A stretch of 61,070 nt of DNA, counting the filler, from Catajapyx aquilonaris (Eukaryota): assembly GCA_000934665.2 (NCBI GenBank). It is 3 parts of 3 records of this genome, joined end to end, with 100 filler letters (N's around TTAATTAATTAA, not from the genome) between each part and the next. Parts side by side here need not be neighbours in the genome. Positions count along the whole stretch, not along the records: positions 20,400 to 40,685 come from JYFJ02006300.1; 2 more parts are not named here. One strand, written 5' to 3'. Both the position numbers and the translations under genes were made by a program. Of this stretch, positions 25,836 through 38,185 are shown in pieces (positions within the stretch are counted from its first letter, which is position 1; each line of letters begins with the position of its first letter). The notes beneath the pieces are model-generated. The model worked only from the letters and a program-made list of their open reading frames with translations. It searched no databases and was not told where the DNA came from.

Positions 25836-27029
25836 GTGATATGGATCTTCTGGGGTATTAATTCGTATAGGAGTCCCCACCCTTCCCGCTTTTCTTCGCT
25901 GGAAAATCGCGGCTCCGTAAGAGTTAAATGAAGGGCTCGGGGGGAGAAAATGGTACGCCACTTTCGCTAAGAATCGAGAAAAATTGGTTTTTAGGTTGCA
26001 ATGAAATGTAGAAATCATAATTTTGGCAATTTTTAATTACCATTTTGTTCATATATTCTTATATGCTTCTGGATACTGTTTCTGATGTAGTTTTTTCCAT
26101 TGACAAAGAATAGTGTGACCGTACGTACACGTGGGTGCACCAAATAAAATACGTTGTAGTGACAACGGTATGTATTCAGGCTATGACTCTTACAGGTGGG
26201 GTTGAAGGGAACAGGGTGGTGACCAGCGCGACTGGTCTTGTTGCTTGGGGGAAGTGACCAGGGCGACTGGTCTCGAACAACAGTCGGACAGGCATTACAT
26301 AGGCGAATACCGCAAGGCATGATGGTATAAATAGCAGATAAGACAGAGTAAACCAGAAGGGAGATTGCACGGTAAAATACATGTAGGCATACAAAAGTGA
26401 AATAGGGTAATACGAGGTCATGGTTTACATAGTTGTCAATCTTAACATTAGACATGTCATCAGTACTATCACACACCTACCGCCGAAGATACCACGTAGT
26501 GTGAAACACGTAGTGGGCGGAACAAAAGGGAAAACGGCAAGTACAATCAACAAAAGATCAACCAAGGAGGTCGTAAACAGCACTGTTGGCAGGCCATATG
26601 TGGCAATGACAGTTTGGGAAGAATCCCAGGCTCATGAGCCAGATAATACAGAAATCATAGTCTTCTAGTCAGCACACAGTCAAATATGGTCCAAAACAGC
26701 TTAAACAAAAAGAAGTCTTTTCACTGTCCAGATAAGAGGCAATGGCACTTTGGGAGGTAACAAAACGAAAGAAGAAAAAAAAAAAGGAGAAGGGCACTAG
26801 AGCAATATACGCGTGACATAGTTACATGAGGGCCAGGTAGTCGGAAGTGTCTTCATCTTCTGAAGAGCTGATAATCACGATGTCTTCTTTTGAAGGGGTC
26901 CTCTGCGGTTGTCCTGGCTGGTCTTGGCGTTCATGAGGGTTGACTGTTCAAGGACCCGAAGGGGTGTGTCGAAGTAATCCCGGGTTGCTGGATCAGAGAC
27001 AGGGCCGCAGCCCACCAGGCATCCGCGTT

Positions 27030-27858
27030 TCCGTAAGAGCCTGAAGATTTGCAATTAAGCTGTTGTTTTCCAGGCCCAGCTGCTTCAGTGAAACCAGTAA
27101 CTCGCATTTCTCTTTCCGTTCATCCTCCAGCTGTTTCTCCAGCTCCTTAATCCTCTCTTGCATATGTTGCAAAAGGTTTTCATCTAGTTGAGGTGGTTCA
27201 TTACATGATGGGCTGCCAGTGGTGTCCGACGAGGATGTTGATGGCTGATCTCCCTCATGTTCCTCTTCCAGCATATCTTGCGCTGGTCGTTTTCGACTTC
27301 TTCTTACGACTCTTTCACGTCGTGATGTGGAACTCTCCATAGGAACTAGAGTATTATAAGAAAGTCGCATTTTTGAATTGGGGACGGGTTATTCTATAAT
27401 TATTATTACTCATAGAGTCGTGTGACATACCTTCAACATGTGGCAATTTCAAATGAGGAACAGCATCGGCCTTAAGGGGTAGCCCATGTTCTGGCATGTA
27501 GTTGAGCAGTTCATGCTTTAGGCCTCTCACGTAGTCTTCTTCATTGAAGTGATTTGAGCATACACGCGGAGTTGAAACCTTTAAAATGCAGAAATTGTAG
27601 CCAATTGTATACTCCATAATAGTTGCAGATGCAGAATCATTACTCAATAGGGACAGGGAGAGAGAGAGATTTTCTCAAATAGGTGAATGTATACCAAGGT
27701 GTTTACCATTACAGTCTACTCCCATTGAATGTGTCCTGGCTTCTCAGAGCCGCAATCCACTTCGAGGAGAGTGCCGCATCTTTATGAAAGCGGTGCAACC
27801 TAATCTCTGATGTGTTTTTTTCATTATTGTTGCACCCAAAAGCACAGCACAAAGGCAT
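27030..27858 (-). mobile_element. THAP-domain plus coiled-coil transposase N-terminal fragment (intron retained, disrupted)
   Basis: MPLCCAFGC..HRF..KW..VCSNHF..LKADAVP (C2CH THAP signature) followed by ERIKELEKQLEDER. Confidence 0.8.
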
Positions 27859-28369
27859 GCTTGCCAGTACAGTCCCACATGAGAACTGGTTGTGAGCTAT
27901 CTTCGACTCCACAGATATTTTCTTCCCACAAGTCCCAAAATTCTTCACATTTTCACACCTTGATAGCCGGGCTCCAGGGCTTCTAGACATATGTCGCCAA
28001 TGTGAGCCCAAAGGTCGGGGGGGGTTACACATCATTGCCGACCAGAATAGCTTGTCTGCTCTTAGTCCCCAGTACTGACTGCAGTGACGGTACTTACCTG
28101 CAGAGCAGCCCACATTATTTAAAATTTAAAGTCTTCAGTTGGTGATCTCTCACATAATGCCATTGTTTTTGACCCATTAAGATAAATAATAAGTGCAGTT
28201 AAACAGGTAACGTTGGTATATGTTTATTTGACATATTTATTTATTAGTTACAGGAAACAGAATGGTGCTCAATGCAGCAATGTTCATACCGGGTGCTCCA
28301 AATCGCGCACCTTGTGACGCAGGCGCCTTGGGGGAATGGGACGGGAACCTGCGTAGCGTTCGACCTTCT

Positions 28370-28520
28370 TCTAGACCTTGTGTTTTGATGGACATAGGTT
28401 TCATCTACATAGTAGATTTCAGGGGTTGGGTCACTTAACATCATCTTCCTCATCTGCCTGAAGTACACACTCCGGAGAGCAACGATGTTGTTCCTCTCCA
28501 TGAGAATCTTGTGCGGGTGA
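28370..28520 (-). mobile_element. Tc1/IS630-like DDE transposase fragment
   Basis: KILMERNNIVALRSVYFRQMRK..IYYVDETYVHQN (first catalytic Asp motif). Confidence 0.75.
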
Positions 28521-28619
28521 ACTTGAACCCCATCTTGAGCATTATCCTTCTCATGGATGATGCACTTCCCTTCCAACCTCTTGGAAACTGTGCGATCAGA
28601 GGCTGTGGACATCTCGGAC

Positions 28620-28745
28620 AGGCTAGTAGAATTGGCTGGCAGAAATTTGGGTCCTCAGTCCAGTAGTTTCATGACCTCGTCTGGTGGGTTGAGGCGCTGA
28701 TGTCAATGACGGCGTGGCATCCTTGTTTCTTCACTTTCACTTCAC
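28620..28745 (-). mobile_element. Possible Penelope-like element ORF N-terminal fragment
   Basis: AVIDIS/LNPPDEVMKLLD*GPKFLP resembles the L..GPKF.P motif upstream of the PLE RT; disrupted. Confidence 0.45.
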
Positions 28746-29635
28746 TTTCCTTTTTTTGCAGTCCATGTCGCTATCAAACTCAGGCGGGTACTCCAAGAAG
28801 ATGACTCTCGTAACCCAGACTTTTTTTGTTGTGCCGGTATGTTTCCAAATGTGACGTTTTTCTTCCCCGCTGACACTCTTCCTCTTTGGTGCAATATTGA
28901 AAACTGCTTCCGAGTGAAGTGTGCAGGAATCAGACGCTGACAGAGAAGGAACAAAATAGCTCGTTTTGTGCCTTCTCATTAACGGGAGGGAGCCATGTGC
29001 CTTCTACATGATCATGGAGCCTTCCACCAGACTCCCCGACCACCCACTACCCACCTTTTTATGTCGCCCCTCCCCTCAGATGCAATTTTAGGTCACTGAT
29101 GGAAATTGGGTGAAGGGTGTTGGAAAGAAATTTGTGTACAGAGATTGGACACTGGTGCCAGACAGTTTTACTTACCCAATTTCCCCAAAGTCCCCCCCCC
29201 CCCCNCCCATACAAGGGGTGGTTGGGTTAGGTGATTAAGCAAGAGAACAAACAGCCGAGGAAACGTCTTTAAGCAAAGGTCATGTTACTAGACCACTCCA
29301 TTCAAACTGCCTGGCATGGATGCGACATGACTGCTATGATTACCTTATCTCCCACTGTTGCTTGGCTTGTCCACCAACTGGTTCTGGGTACCAGCTTACA
29401 AACCTGGAGTTGTCCCCATCTGTGTGACGACCACTGAACCGTTGTAACTGCCCTAATAAGCAAGAAGGACCTAGGTCCTGACGTGGAAGAAAATGCTGTG
29501 TTTTCTAGTCAAAAATAACTGTATTGACACTAGCTGCAATTGCACAATAGCCCTGAGGCAACAATCCAGGCAGCTTCCAGTTATTGATCCATAATGATTA
29601 CTGGGAATGTGGACACAAGTTGAATTAATGTGATA

Positions 29636-29677
29636 CCAGCCGACCGGTTTCGGGGTAAAGCCCCTCTTCAGGGCTGG
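29636..29677 (-). ncRNA. Minimal type I hammerhead ribozyme (Penelope-type)
   Basis: Minus strand CCAGCC-CUGAAGA-GGGG-CUUUA-CCCC-GAAA-CCGG-UC-GGCUGG: 6-bp stem I, complete catalytic core, 4-bp stem II, palindromic ACCGGU stem III, GUC cleavage triplet. Confidence 0.9.
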
Positions 29678-29846
29678 CAAAAAAAGTTTAGGTCCATTCC
29701 CAAGGAAGGAAGTCATGAAAGCACTCAACAATGTGCAGTAGGGAGGGAAAATGCATTATGGGATCAATAATGGAAAAAGAAGCATAGCTTCCACTGCACA
29801 TAAAGCATAGCACGCTGCACATAGACTGTTATGCAACTGGAATGGA

Positions 29847-31125
29847 TCAATATATCAGGAAGGGGCTTCCTTCTTCATTTATGCAACTAAACATCCCCTT
29901 AGCATGAGTCATAAATCTGACTTCGAATGCCAGCGTGGCTTCATGATGTACGGCTGCTAATCCATCCTGCGATCCAATGAAACTGGCATCTTCAAAATCT
30001 GTAATCATCCTGGAAAGGTCTGGACCTGACACCATCCACTTAAGAAGAGCTGTTTCATTGTCAACGATTCCTATTGCTCCACCATCACATTTAATCTTCT
30101 TATTGTTTTGCTCATGAAACTGGTCATCTGACATGGCAGAAAATGATGACGTGGTTCTGTTGCTTGTGAATTTTTCTTGCAGAAACTCCGCATATACATC
30201 GGGATGCCTGGCAGGCAGCTCTTCAAGATCACGCACAAACACTGGTAACCAACGTGAATAATGGACTGCATCCAAGGCAAAGGTCCAAGGGCATGTTCTA
30301 TTGAGTGTAACAACAAACAATTTGAAGTTTGCAGTACGAATGCTGAATACTAGTTGTAGCAGCAGGGTCTCGATCTCAATGACAGTATTCCAGTAATGAA
30401 ACTGTGAAGATTCCAACACCTGTCTCTTCTTCCATTCTGTTTTATCTTCCTTCTCATCATCGGACAAATCTTCGCAGTGTTTCTGGTACGCCTGTTCCTG
30501 GAGACTATACAGAGCAACTATAGTCACTTCATGAGCATATCTAGTTATTTTAACATGTGAGGCTGTCAGGCAGCTACACCTACACTGGTAACACCAGCAT
30601 TTACAAGAGTGTCTGTCCACCCGCTGTTAACTAACCATTTACCGAGGATGTTTAGGAGCATCATCTCAATGTGTAGGGCTCCCATCATTACTATGACTGT
30701 GTCTTCACCATGTGTGTTGGGAAAATGCCACTGGATCTGTTTGGCTATGGCGTAAACTGGTTGGTCTGCTGTGATCACAGGAGTTTGGTTTTGGTTCAGT
30801 TTGCATGTTGCAGCAATAACGACATCCATCAAATGTTTCACCATAGCTGGAGAAGCGATCTCCTCATGAAAAAGGGGCAGTAACGTGGAGTAGCTCTTAA
30901 GTACTTCACGTTGGTGCTGGTGAGACTTGGAATGAAAGCCAGCAAAGGATATCTGTCCTTGTTCTTCTTCGTCAGGTTCATCATTTGTGATGATTTCTGT
31001 AGCTGTATTGAGCCACTGCTCTGGTTTGAAGGTAGTTTCTTCATAAGTAGTGGGAGTAACAGTGTGTAATGAGGGATCCGCTACTACCTTTCCCAATGGT
31101 GGAACATTGGTGTAGGAGATCGGTA
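29847..31125 (-). mobile_element. Academ-like transposase core fragment (frameshift near 30570)
   Basis: QTPVITADQPVYAIAKQIQW, MMGALHIEM, TRYAHEVT, HYSRWLPVF and DQFHEQNNK motifs; family assigned from recalled motifs. Confidence 0.65.
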
Positions 31126-31254
31126 CACTGCAAAAAATACTTGGATGTGCCATCAATTTATAGGTTGCCACAACCAAATTTCTTGGATGGATCCAGGCCA
31201 ACCAATTTTATGGTTGTGACAACCAATGGGGATTGGGTGGGTCTGCTTGGTTGA

Positions 31255-31580
31255 GCCAACCATGAAACTTGGTTGAGGCAAGCAAATATTTTGTTGCGGT
31301 GGTTGAAAAATCCTTCGTTGTGCCAACCGTGAAATTTGGTTTAGGCAAGCAAATATTTTGTTGCAGTCGTTGAAAAATCCTTCGTTGTGCCAACCGTGAA
31401 ATTTGGTTTAGGCAAGCAAATATTTGTTGCAGTCGTTGAAAAATCCTTCGTTGTGCCAACCGTGAAATTTGGTTTAGGCAAGCAAATATTTTGTTGCAGT
31501 CGTTGAAAAATCCTTCGTTGTGCCAACCGTGAAATTTGGTTTAGGCAAGCAAATATCTTGTTGCCGTAATTGAAAAATCC
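31255..31580. repeat. Tandem repeat, 66-67-bp unit, ~5 copies
   Basis: TGCCAACCGTGAAATTTGG starts at 31321, 31388, 31454 and 31521; no unique spacers. Confidence 0.95.
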
Positions 31581-32879
31581 TCCCTTGCAAGTATCCTTTG
31601 ACATCTTCATCAGCTACAAGAGAATTTCAGATGAAATGATTTCCCAAGAGGAGGTCACAGATTTAGGGGAGGATCTAAGGAACATATTCTAAGCTTACAA
31701 AGGGCCGATGGCTGTGGTCTAACTACTGCAGTAGACCCTGATGCTGACGACTGATGCTGAGCCCTCCTTAAACCATTCTGCCTTAAGCTCTTCTTCAGGT
31801 TTGTGTACTTGTCGTACAACTTGCCTTTTGGCAAGGACTTGGCACCTTTGATGCCAGCAGATGGCAGGTAGTAACTTGTCTGCAATTATTGTACTTGCAT
31901 TGTCAGAATACAAGGTAAATGCATGTTAATGAACAGTTATGTGACTATTCCCCAGGTAGAGCTTCAGCAATCAGAGTGCTCAGCTCCAATGCAGCTTGAT
32001 CCTGAAAGGTTTTCATGTTTCAGGAACAACAAAAATTCAACAGTAATGTAACATAGGAAGCACAGGGTATATTATGTATACTAAGTCGGTGTCAGTGTTT
32101 GAGCCGAATTCTGCGCAGATCACTAATTCAGCCAATTTCACGCTATCTGTGGTACTTAGCCGTTCGTTTTTGTTCTTGGATAGTATGAGCTTGCCCTCTA
32201 CACTATTCCGGAGGATTTCTGACACAATCTAGGAAGAAAAGCATTACTTTACATGAAAATATAGTTTTGAAGTGAGATACTGCTACATAGTATGTTTTCG
32301 TACATTAGTGGCAGTCTTCCTTCTCTTAGAAGCGGATTCCACTATCTCGTCTTGTTCAATTTCAACCAGTTCCCACACTGAATGATTCTCAGAAGAGTTA
32401 CCTGCTGGTTGATCTTCTGGTGGTACTGTATCCTGCTATAATGATAACATCAGGAGTATAATTAAGGTCTAGGATGTCAAGTTTTAAAATACGGTAGGCT
32501 ACAGTCATAGTAAAAAGAAATATAGGCATCAATTGTTACATTACACCACAAATATGCCTTGGTTCATGCCAGCTAGTCAGTGTTTAGTACATGCAGGTCT
32601 GTCAATCATGCTAGCTGTGACCAAAGCTATATAAAATTGGTCCTTACTTCATTCCATCTCAACAGCATCCATCTTCTTAATTAGGTACTTTGAACTTATA
32701 TTTCTAGAAAATTAACCATTGCTTGACACAGTAAGGTGTTTCCTTACCTTGTTTTTCTCCAGTAAAGTGTGGTTTTATAGGACATTAAAAATGTGAAACA
32801 CTGCCGTGATTCCAAAATAAAACAAGGCACTTTCATTGGCCTGGAATATTCATTTCATTTTTACAATTCATTAAAATGA

Positions 32880-33168
32880 GGGAGACGGAGTGGCGCCGCG
32901 GTAACGCGTGTGCCCACGGAAGTTAAGGTCCCGGGTTCAATCCCCACCCGGGGTTCCCACCTTCTTTCGTGCAGAGTGAGACCGTCTCTGGCTTCGTTTC
33001 GGGTGGCGATCCTTTCACATATGCCACCCGGGGGAGTTCACAAAACGGCACATCAACGACATTGCACACGCACTTTGCACATCCCCTCCTACCTACCCTT
33101 GGAACACACTAAATACTATCTTAGTATACCGGTTCCNTAATGCAAAAAAAAAAAAAAAAAAAAAAATT
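32880..33168 (+). mobile_element. tRNA-derived SINE, family A, poly(A)-tailed variant
   Basis: Same head as 7642/43201; A-rich tail; 9-bp TSD ATTAAAATG. Confidence 0.8.
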
Positions 33169-34049
33169 ATTAAAATGCACCCACAGAACTGGTAGCTTTT
33201 TTAGGAAACAACAGAACAACGAGAATAAAAAGTGAATAATCTCTCAGTCTACCTAATCTTGCAACATGTCACTGAAGCCAGATAGTACAATGCATGAATA
33301 AACCTGACAACAAACAACTTAAATTGAGGGGCTCCCAGCAAGAGTGGTTCAAGTGACAAAAAAATTTAAAAAAGTTATTATATACCATTAGCATTGTTGC
33401 GATACCATCTTTCACGTGCAATACTGATTCTTGTGGAGAAAAATTATTAGCTATGCAATTTTTAAGTTGGCACGCTCCATAAGACATCACAGGAAGTTAT
33501 TAACTTTAAGTCCAATTTTCTCGGAAACAACATTTTGTGACTTGAACCGCTCTTGCTGGGAGCCCCTCAATTTTCATCAACTGTGTAACATAGACCGTAT
33601 AGGCCTATGCTTTTGGCTATGATTGACTGCTTCAAAACACTGTGTTCTGGCATGTTTGCTTACATAATTATAATTGACCTGTCATCGAAGCTGGACAAAC
33701 CTTCTTCACATCTTGAATGTGTAAGCTTCCTTGATATTTCAGCAGCTTTTCAAGAAACACTGCCCGTCGACCTAGGGGGGGAATTATTTCTGCCAGCAAG
33801 TCTGGCTTTGTTGACAAAAAACAAAGCAGACTCTCAGTATCCACATATTGCTCTAGAAGAAGAGATGCCTGTTATAGTTACCATTTTCACCCCTCTTGTT
33901 AGTTATAAAGGTGTCATGTCTCCAATGGTAATGTCTCCAATGTTAATGTCTCCAACTAACTGACTGGCCTCAGTGACCATGGCAATCAGTGGCACGTGCC
34001 TGTAACTGGGTTGTAACCACCTGCAACTAGTAACGGTTTGCAACCTAGC

Positions 34050-34745
34050 TGCTGTTGCAAGGAAGTAGCCTACTTCTTGAACCCTGTCATATGAAACACT
34101 TACACCTAATTTACAAAGTTTGTTAACTATTTTCTTCTTCTTGGTAACATTATGAATCATAAGTCCTATGTATAGAGGAAGAGGTGTTTCGTTCTTCAGT
34201 TGATGGTGAGGTCTCTGAACAGTTGCTTTTCTGATTGATTTCACGCTGTTGAATCGGATCAGCTGAGAAATGGAGAGTGCTGCATTTTGACAATGGTCCA
34301 AATTCTGTGCTTCGCTGTCAATAGTTGGGCCTACCAGTAACATTGTTATGAAATGCAATAACACTACTGAAACAGAATTCATAGGTGTAAAATCTCCCCT
34401 GAATGAGCCCTTAAATTGTGGAAAATCACGAAACAAGGTTTTCCTTATAATAGCAGCTGCCCGTCCCAGACACAGGCCATCACTGAAAGCACCCTGAGAG
34501 CATGAGTCGCTAATGGCTTCCCCAACATTGCCCTCGAAACTGAGAAGTATTTCACGACCACTCTTGTCAGCTCTTAGCCCGGGAACAAATGAAGCTAGGT
34601 GGTCTTTCAGACGTGTCCTGTTAATGTCTTTTTCTGCTGTGTTCACTCCCATTTCGGTCATACGCTGTGCAGTAACTTTGGTGAGAAATGATAGTTTGAA
34701 AACCGGTGACTGGTCACTGCACATGTACATGTCTTTCAGATAGTC
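34050..34745 (-). mobile_element. Academ-like transposase N-terminal fragment
   Basis: NRTRLKDHL, ALSISQLIRFNS, ETPLPLYIGLMIH and LGVSVSYDRV, which normally precede the 29847-31125 region. Confidence 0.65.
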
Positions 34746-35004
34746 GACTAATTCAGTGACAACACTTCTGCATCTTCTGCCTAAACCTGCCTTCTAGCCC
34801 ACTGTGCGGCGGTCCGCGGAATGAAAACTAATATATAAAATCCAGGCGTCGCCCACCCTTCACTATCCTCCCTACCCTTGTTGTCACCTTATTCGTTGCT
34901 TTTTGTTTTTGGGTTGCGGCCTTATGTTTTGGCCTTTCTTTCTTCTCACACCTCCTCGTGAGGGAGTACAATTGGTCTCTAAGCATCCCTCCCCTCCCCC
35001 TCCC

Positions 35005-35290
35005 GCGACACAATTTCTGGGTTAAATGCTAGTGATCCAGATTTTGTGTGGAGTCGAGATGATTGGTTCCTTAGGTTTACCAATAACCTTGTTAGGTGTA
35101 ATGGCATATTTAACGGAAAATAAAGTTCTTGATTGAAATTATTTTTAATCTTTGATAATACGGTACCGTAGATAATAAGTGAGTAGATATTATTTCGGCA
35201 TCTCTTCAATTTTCAAATCTAGCGGGCTTATTTGGATGTTTGAGAGGACGTCTGATACCTGCTTAAACCAATTTAAAGCACGCTCTTGAT
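35005..35290 (-). mobile_element. Non-LTR retrotransposon ORF2 C-terminal fragment
   Basis: ALNWFKQVSDVL...ELYFPLNMPLHLTRLLVNLRNQ resembles post-RT LINE sequence and the 46 kb fragment. Confidence 0.5.
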
Positions 35291-35839
35291 TTAACGTAAG
35301 GAAATCCCAGATGTTTTACCTCTTTTATTCCTGCTCTGCCCCACCCTGCTTACAACTGGTCTCCGGTTATGTGCCCCCGAGGCGATAGAGGATATTTTGG
35401 GAACCCCCTGCGGGGGAGGCAAATGGTTGGGTCCCACCACCTGCAAAGATTGAAGAGCAGAGATACCAAGCCATGTGCGTAGGTCAGGGGCATTGGAGGA
35501 ACTGGTCTCTGATTGGGCACTGGCCGGGTGGGCACGACCTCCCTCCAAAGAGGGCGGGCTGCCTCAGGAGGCGGTTGGGGTGGTTGGAGTGGTGGGGGGA
35601 ATCGTTTTCCCGTGACGTATCCCGGATATTTCCCATGTACCCCTACCGTGTTAAGTTTGCTGCGGTCAAACGGCCTTTCGGAGGCTCTCAGTTATTAGCT
35701 CTTGGTGATACTAGTGCCTGATCAGCAAGTCCTTGCAAAGTATATTTCTGGAGAATAAGTTACCTAGTCTCCACTTTCATAATCAATCTTTCCTTTCTTG
35801 CGAATACATCTCTCCTGAAACTTTGGTTCATCACCCATA

Positions 35840-36420
35840 TCCGCCGCAAATTGTAGTGACACTTTAAACATGAGGTTCTCTTGCACACAGGACAAAAGTC
35901 AAGCCATGAAAATATACGTATATTATAGTTACCTGAAACTGAACACGTATCCAGTGACTGCATCTGCCAGCATGAAAACCTTTATCCCACACTTTTTAGG
36001 ATTTTCTGGCATATACTCCCGCAGTCCCGATCATCTGCTCATCCAGGCTCAGTTGATGTCCTGGGAAGAACATCAGTGGCAGCTTCTCAGAGATGGCATC
36101 CACCAGCGGCCTCACCTTGAACTGCTTGTCATGGTTGTTGTTTTTTTTCATCTACGAATTGTCGTTGATATGCTGCTCTGATACAATGTCTGTGAGTCGA
36201 TTAATGGTCATCACACTCCTGTACCTATCGCGGCGTGTCATTGGGTCCGTGCTCCAATAGTCTGACACCATCCTGTCGCTAGCTTCCACTTCCATGGCCA
36301 CGCAGAGTCCCAGGAAGCCGTGGAACTCAGGAACTGTTAGCGGCTCCCACTTCAACCCCTTTATTTCCTTCCATTCTATATCTGTTTTGTGTTGTGTACA
36401 GGTTTGTCTGATCAAGAATC
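35840..36420 (-). mobile_element. piggyBac transposase fragments
   Basis: WEPLTVPEFHGFLGLCVAM..DYWSTDP..YRSVMTINR; downstream Cys-rich CPVCKRTSCLKCH. Confidence 0.75.
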
Positions 36421-36899
36421 TCCTTCATGGCATTGTCGTTAAAGGCTGACCTTTTCCATCGCGAAACCCTCAATGATTTCGTTCACTGGGAGATATCGAA
36501 GCAGTGTGCTCTCTATATTATTTTTATTTTTTGTCAATTTTATTTACCCCATCAGAGGACAGGGCCCTTTTAGGGGGACACATGCAAAGCATGTACAATG
36601 AATACTGCTCTAAACAACGGATACGATATGCATATGAACAAACACAAAATTTGCCGTTCGGGCCTCAAGCACACCTAGATCATGTCAGTTCCAGCACAGT
36701 TCTCAGTCACACATTTCGATTCATTTAATTACATTTTCCAAAAAAATTGTTAAAGTTATAGGTTTGTTCCTTAGTTATATCGGCCAACACTGACTGAAAT
36801 CGGTCGGGAGGTTAGGTTGGCAAGTTATGCAAGTTGACGTCTGGGTGTTCGGAAAAAAGGACAAAGATAAATTATGTGGCAGGGAGAGAATGGTTCTGT

Positions 36900-37300
36900 G
36901 ATGCGTGCTCTCTAAACTCAATCGAAGATTAAGCATGGCTGTTCTAAGTTGGTTTTTAATTCTGGTCATTTTTGATGAGAATCTCTCTCCGCTGCAGTTA
37001 GTGATCGGCAAGCATTTAAAAATCTTCAGTGCGACGGCCACATTCGGAAAGACACTTTCCAGTTTGTTGATCTTGATGTTTTTCAAATATTTTTCCGCTG
37101 AAGATGAATTCTGCTGCATAATGACAGTAAATTGCAAGAACTGGTCAGGAAATGTATCTCAACATCAGAAAGGTAACATGTGCAAAACTTTTTAGCCGCG
37201 GCAAGAATCTCTGCACTGCCCATGCCACTAAAATTGCTTATGAACCCGAATTTGTTGACAGAAGTGTTGTACGCACTAATGCGAGACTCCAAGCAAACCC
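36900..37300 (-). mobile_element. hAT transposase C-terminal dimerisation-domain fragment
   Basis: VFPNVAVALKIFKCLPITNCSGERFSSKMTRIKNQLRTAM. Confidence 0.85.
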
Positions 37301-37490
37301 GCATCGTGTGACCAGTTTGTTCAATAGAGATGAATACCATGTGCCAACCACGACACCTATTGTGTCCATAAAACGATCTTCGCTTCCTTCCTGGTTTCGG
37401 ACACACTTCCAGGATCTCATTGCGCAGAGTGCGGACCATCTCTCGTCCATCTGAAGCATCTGGCCGCTTCCTTCTCTTGCAAGTCTTCAT
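37300..37490 (-). mobile_element. EnSpm-associated ORF fragment
   Basis: RKRPDASDGREMVRTLRNEILEVCPKPGRK / FMDTIGVVVGTWYSSLLNKLVTR. Confidence 0.5.
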
Positions 37491-37739
37491 CAAAGAAACA
37501 GGAAACTTTTTCCCATGGAATTGCGATATGTATCTCCCAGTCGGCCTCCTTCAGGGAAGTTGTCGCTCGAGGCTCGGAGTGGAACTACTTGGATATGGAG
37601 AATAAGAGTGATTAATGAGACTGAATGGATTGGGCAGGTGAGGGGGGCAACAAAAGACATACCTAAATTACCAAGGTCCACCTCGACGTGGCCGTGTGAG
37701 TGGGCGAAGCTATAGTGGGTCTTATGACCCCTCAATTTC

Positions 37740-37990
37740 CACCTTCCCTGATAGCCACTGGTTCAAACTTTTTGCCATGCAACGTGGCACTTGTTGCAAA
37801 ACTCCTGGACTCAAGATATGTTGGTAATACCAATCTTACCAGAAGGGAGTTTAGTCCAATATAAATGTCTTCACCTAGAAACGGCAACATGGGTTTGTCC
37901 GTTTGAAATTTTTTGAGTATTGGAGTCAGCATGTTTTGCAATGCTCGCAAAGAAACTTAACTTGGCCACAGTAAATTTTGTCCTTGCATG
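37740..37990 (-). mobile_element. Second hAT-like transposase fragment
   Basis: AKLSFFASIA / LTPILKKFQTDKPMLPFLGEDI..LNSLLVR. Confidence 0.6.
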
Positions 37991-38059
37991 CGTCACGCAG
38001 CATTCTGTGGGTGTAGCTGTCTCCTGATGGCTCAGTCCTCGATGATTCCAATGTGCTTC

Positions 38060-38185
38060 TCCACCAACTGCCAACAGTAGGTTCTTCTCGTCTTCGCTAA
38101 AATAAGCGTCTTTATTGGCCTTCCTGGCACCCTCTTGCTCTCTGCCATGATTGCTACCATGTTGGACTAGACGGAGCGCCAAAAT
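38060..38185 (-). mobile_element. Myb/SANT-like (Harbinger accessory ORF) N-terminal fragment
   Basis: ARKANKDAYFSEDEKNLLLAV resembles the FSxxEKxLL helix 1. Confidence 0.45.

Larger units (their letters stand above)
31126..33900 (-). mobile_element. EnSpm/CACTA-like element remnant lying between the two Academ-like pieces
   Basis: CACTGCAAAAAA terminus at 31126, subterminal tandem repeats, spliced ORF pieces KGKLYDKYTNLKKSLR, EILRNSVEGKLIL and SAM-like DLLAEIIPPLGRRAVFLEKL. Confidence 0.55.

Noticed and set aside
31255..31580. CRISPR-like array
   Set aside because: Head-to-tail 66-67 bp units with no unique spacers, eukaryotic context, next to a CACTG transposon end
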